A model generated the notes under the pieces. The model saw nothing but the letters and a program-made list of their open reading frames with translations. It did no database searches and was not told the DNA's origin. A DNA stretch of 64,000 nucleotides from Longimicrobiales bacterium. GTDB lineage: Bacteria; Gemmatimonadota; Gemmatimonadetes; Longimicrobiales; Gaopeijiaceae. Below, one piece after another: positions 61,546 through 64,000 of the stretch (its first letter is position 1; each line of letters begins with the position of its first letter). A program made the translations under genes and the position numbers. The stretch is taken from assembly GCA_965248195.1 (NCBI GenBank), contig CBDFIQ010000002.1, forward strand, positions 2,656,001 through 2,720,000, written 5' to 3'.

Positions 61546-62305
61546 TATGCGTCGAGTCCACGCCGAACAACTGATGTCGTCGCTGGAGCTGTCACTGCCC
61601 CCGGTGGCCATCGCGTTCTGTGACGTCGTGCCGGACGACGTGCCGATGTTTGAGGGGGTGGTTCCCGCAGGATGCGCGTTCTGGCCGCAGGCCACGGCGC
61701 GCACCTTCGCGACAGCAGCCCGTGACCACGCCCTGTGCGCGATTGGCATCCACACGCACAATCTCTCGGGCGCGGCGGCCTCGCAGCCGGATGAGTTGCA
61801 AGCCTCCCTCAAGGCCATGATGGGACTCGATTACGTACGCGAGGAAGAAATCGCCGCCATTCCGGTCATGCAGGACAAGCTGGCCCATGCGCTCTACGGT
61901 CCGCTCGCGGACTTCCCGGTCCAGCCCGAGGTCGTCCTGGTGTTCGCCCACGCGCAACACGGGCTCATCCTGAGTGAGGCCGTCGCGCGCGTCGATGGCG
62001 GCACACCGCCGGCGATGGGGCGACCGGCGTGTGCCATCGTCCCTCACGTGCTCAATCAGCGGCGCGCGGCCATGAGCCTAGGGTGCTGCGGCGCGCGTGC
62101 CTACCTCGATGCGTTGACGGACGATGTAGCGCTATGGGCTCTGCCGGCACATTGCCTCGACCAGTACTGTGAGCAGATTGCCGCATTCGCTGATGCGAAC
62201 AGGACGCTCACGGCGTTTCATGAGCGTCGGCGGCAGGATGTCGAGTCTGGCCAGAGACCGACGGTCCAACAGTCGCTCGAGCGGCTGTCGGAGCCAGCGC
62301 CGTAA
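61538..62305 (+). CDS. DUF169-family Cys-rich protein (may be N-terminally extended by (MKESP)n)
   Basis: PPVAIAF, GCAFW, HALC, PLADFPVQPEVV, GRPAC, SLGCCGAR. Confidence 0.82.
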   Translation: MKDMRRVHAEQLMSSLELSLPPVAIAFCDVVPDDVPMFEGVVPAGCAFWPQATARTFATAARDHALCAIGIHTHNLSGAAASQPDELQASLKAMMGLDYVREEEIAAIPVMQDKLAHALYGPLADFPVQPEVVLVFAHAQHGLILSEAVARVDGGTPPAMGRPACAIVPHVLNQRRAAMSLGCCGARAYLDALTDDVALWALPAHCLDQYCEQIAAFADANRTLTAFHERRRQDVESGQRPTVQQSLERLSEPAP

Positions 62306-62594
62306 CTGCCGTCCGCTCACCAGGACACCGCCACGCTGGCCCCGATGCACGCCGAGCCCGCCGCAGTGTGCAAGACGACCTCCGCGCCGAGGGGGCGGTA
62401 CACGCCGAGCGTGTCGCCAGCAAACGACGACGAGACCGTGACCGCCGTGGTCAGCACGCTCCTGACCCTAGCTCTACTTCTTGATGTGGCCCGGCTTGCT
62501 GGGGGGCCGGGACGACTAGTGCGTTTTCACGGTGCTGTAGTGACTCGTAACCGCTATTGAAGCTCTGCACGTGAGCGTCTATGACCCCTCGACC

Positions 62595-62835
62595 GACGAT
62601 CACCAGCCAATCGAATAGGCGGCGGATGGCGGCCAGATGCTGCTTGATCGTGGGGGCACGATACCCGCCTTGCATTTCTTCGATGTAGGTGGCCACCGCG
62701 ACCGGCGAAATCTGTGCGAGCTCGAGCCCGCGCGCGTCGCACCAAGCGAAGAATCGCGTCACAGCCGCGCCGTACGCCGCGCGCGTATGCGGGTTGCGGA
62801 TCTGGGCCGTGAAAAACTCAACCGTCCGCTCCGCG
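62595..62835 (-). pseudogene. Tyrosine recombinase N-terminal (SAM-like) fragment
   Basis: EFFTAQIRNPHTRAAY..RFFAWC..PTIKQHLAAIRRLFDWLV; no catalytic domain. Confidence 0.8.
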
Positions 62836-62837
62836 GC

Positions 62838-62971
62838 TTACCGCTGTCGTTCCTTAAGGATCCGTTCCAGCGCTTCCACGCCGAGCGCCTGAAGACTGGT
62901 GTCCTCGTCGAGGGAGAGCTGTCGCAGTTGCCGGTGTAGTTTTGGCTGGAGTCGGAGCAACACTCCTTTCA
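62838..62971 (-). pseudogene. Ribbon-helix-helix protein cut at its 5' end by IS256 copy 3
   Basis: KGVLLRLQPKLHRQLRQLSLDEDTSLQALGVEALERILKERQR*; not in the ORF track. Confidence 0.65.
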
Positions 62972-64000
62972 GGTAGTGTCCCTAGATTTGTGTAAAAGCG
63001 GATAAGCTGGACAGGAGGGAAAGAAAAACGGAAGCTCCTCTGTTGTTGTTCACTGTCACATGAACCCGGGAGTCCGGGTCTGCAGAGCAGGCTCGGAACC
63101 GGAGAGGAGCTTCCGATGCAAGAGATTGTGGAGATCGGTCGGGCCACGCAAGACGAGCTACGCGATGATTTGCGCGAGCTGTTTCAAGGCGCGATCCGGC
63201 TGACGCTCGAGATGGTGCTGGAAGAGGAGCTGAAGGCCATGGTAGGTGCACGCCGCTTCGAGCGGGTGGGAAGCCGGAAGGACCATAGGAACGGCACATA
63301 CCTGAGGCGGCTGCTGACGAGCCTGGGGCAGATCGAGGTCGCCATGCCCCGGAGCCGGGACAACGGTTCGCCGGCCGACGTGATCGGCCGCTACCAGCGC
63401 AGGAGCCCCGAGCTCGACGAGATGATGGTCGAGGCGTATGTGAGCGGCGTGTCACAGCGCAAGATGGGCGACGTCACCGAGGCGCTGATGGGCGAGCGTG
63501 TTGGGCGCTCGACGGTGAGTCGTGTGGCAAAACGGCTCGACGAGGCCGTGGAAGGGCTGCGCCGTGCGCCGATCGAGGGGCCTCACCCCTATCTGTACCT
63601 GGACGCCACGTTCTTGGACGCCCGCTGGGCCCGCAAAGTCGAGAACGTGAGTGCGCTCGTGGCGTATGCAGTGGGCCCTGAGGGTCACCGACGGCTCCTG
63701 GCCGTCACGCTGGGCGCTGAGGAGTCGCAGCAGAGCTGGTCGGAGCTCCTCGAGCAACTCCAGGACCGCGGCCTCGGCGGTGTCGAGCTCGTGATCGCCG
63801 ATGAGCACGCAGGCCTGGCAGCTGCGGTCCGCCGCTTCCTGCCCGAGGCACGCCGTCAGAGGTGTACGGTCCATCTGCAGCGTAATGTGGGGGCGAGGGT
63901 CCCCCACCGCCTACGCAAGCGCGTGGCGCGTGAGGTCTCGGTGATCTTCCAGACATCCGGACTCGCCGAGGCGAAGAAGCTCCTGGGCGAGTTCGGCGCA
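62972..64000 (+). mobile_element. IS256-family element, copy 3 (runs off the window)
   Basis: Left end and leader match copy 1. Confidence 0.95.
63116..64000 (+). CDS. IS256-family transposase (partial)
   Basis: ATGCAAGAGATT start; matches copy 1 including KDHRNG. Confidence 0.93.
   Translation, partial: MQEIVEIGRATQDELRDDLRELFQGAIRLTLEMVLEEELKAMVGARRFERVGSRKDHRNGTYLRRLLTSLGQIEVAMPRSRDNGSPADVIGRYQRRSPELDEMMVEAYVSGVSQRKMGDVTEALMGERVGRSTVSRVAKRLDEAVEGLRRAPIEGPHPYLYLDATFLDARWARKVENVSALVAYAVGPEGHRRLLAVTLGAEESQQSWSELLEQLQDRGLGGVELVIADEHAGLAAAVRRFLPEARRQRCTVHLQRNVGARVPHRLRKRVAREVSVIFQTSGLAEAKKLLGEFGA

Noticed and set aside
60983..61818. Repeat-derived ORFs (HRGFL)n, (SSGIP)n, (IGDSF)n, (DEGIP)n as genes
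   Set aside because: They are open only because the unit lacks stops; only the MKESP frame has an RBS/ATG and joins a recognisable domain.

Overview
High-GC bacterial window. A GC-rich SusC/SusD pair, a MoxR-Bat operon and a HEAT/HD-GYP pair suggest Gemmatimonadota, but this is inference only. Layout: 1-4.8 kb SusC/SusD; 5.1-13.8 kb MoxR-DUF58-BatABCDE operon; 13.9-32.7 kb surface-glycan cluster (AsnB-like amidotransferase, CDP-sugar enzymes, 4-5 methyltransferases, 4 glycosyltransferases, flippase, DegT aminotransferase, a cupin-like orphan); 32.8-47.8 kb mixed metabolic, signalling and secreted proteins; 47.9-51.5 kb ECF sigma/anti-sigma/Spy-like operon facing a lipoprotein + outer-membrane barrel operon; 52.7-64 kb decayed mobile region (three near-identical IS256 copies, an IS3 inside IS21 remnants, fragments of ThiF/E1, resolvase, integrase and RHH genes). 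Three observations stand out. (1) A perfect 30 x 15-bp array whose unit, AAGGA-ATCCCCG-ATG, is a complete ribosome-binding site plus start codon in frame with a DUF169 gene. (2) An identical bipartite motif, TTGTCATA-N16-GTCACTCA, precedes both convergent operons of the ECF module. (3) A branched RNA structure lies between the lipoprotein and barrel genes. Several single-base frameshifts at homopolymers suggest residual sequencing error. No rRNA, tRNA or CRISPR array was seen. Family calls come from motif recognition by eye, not database searches.
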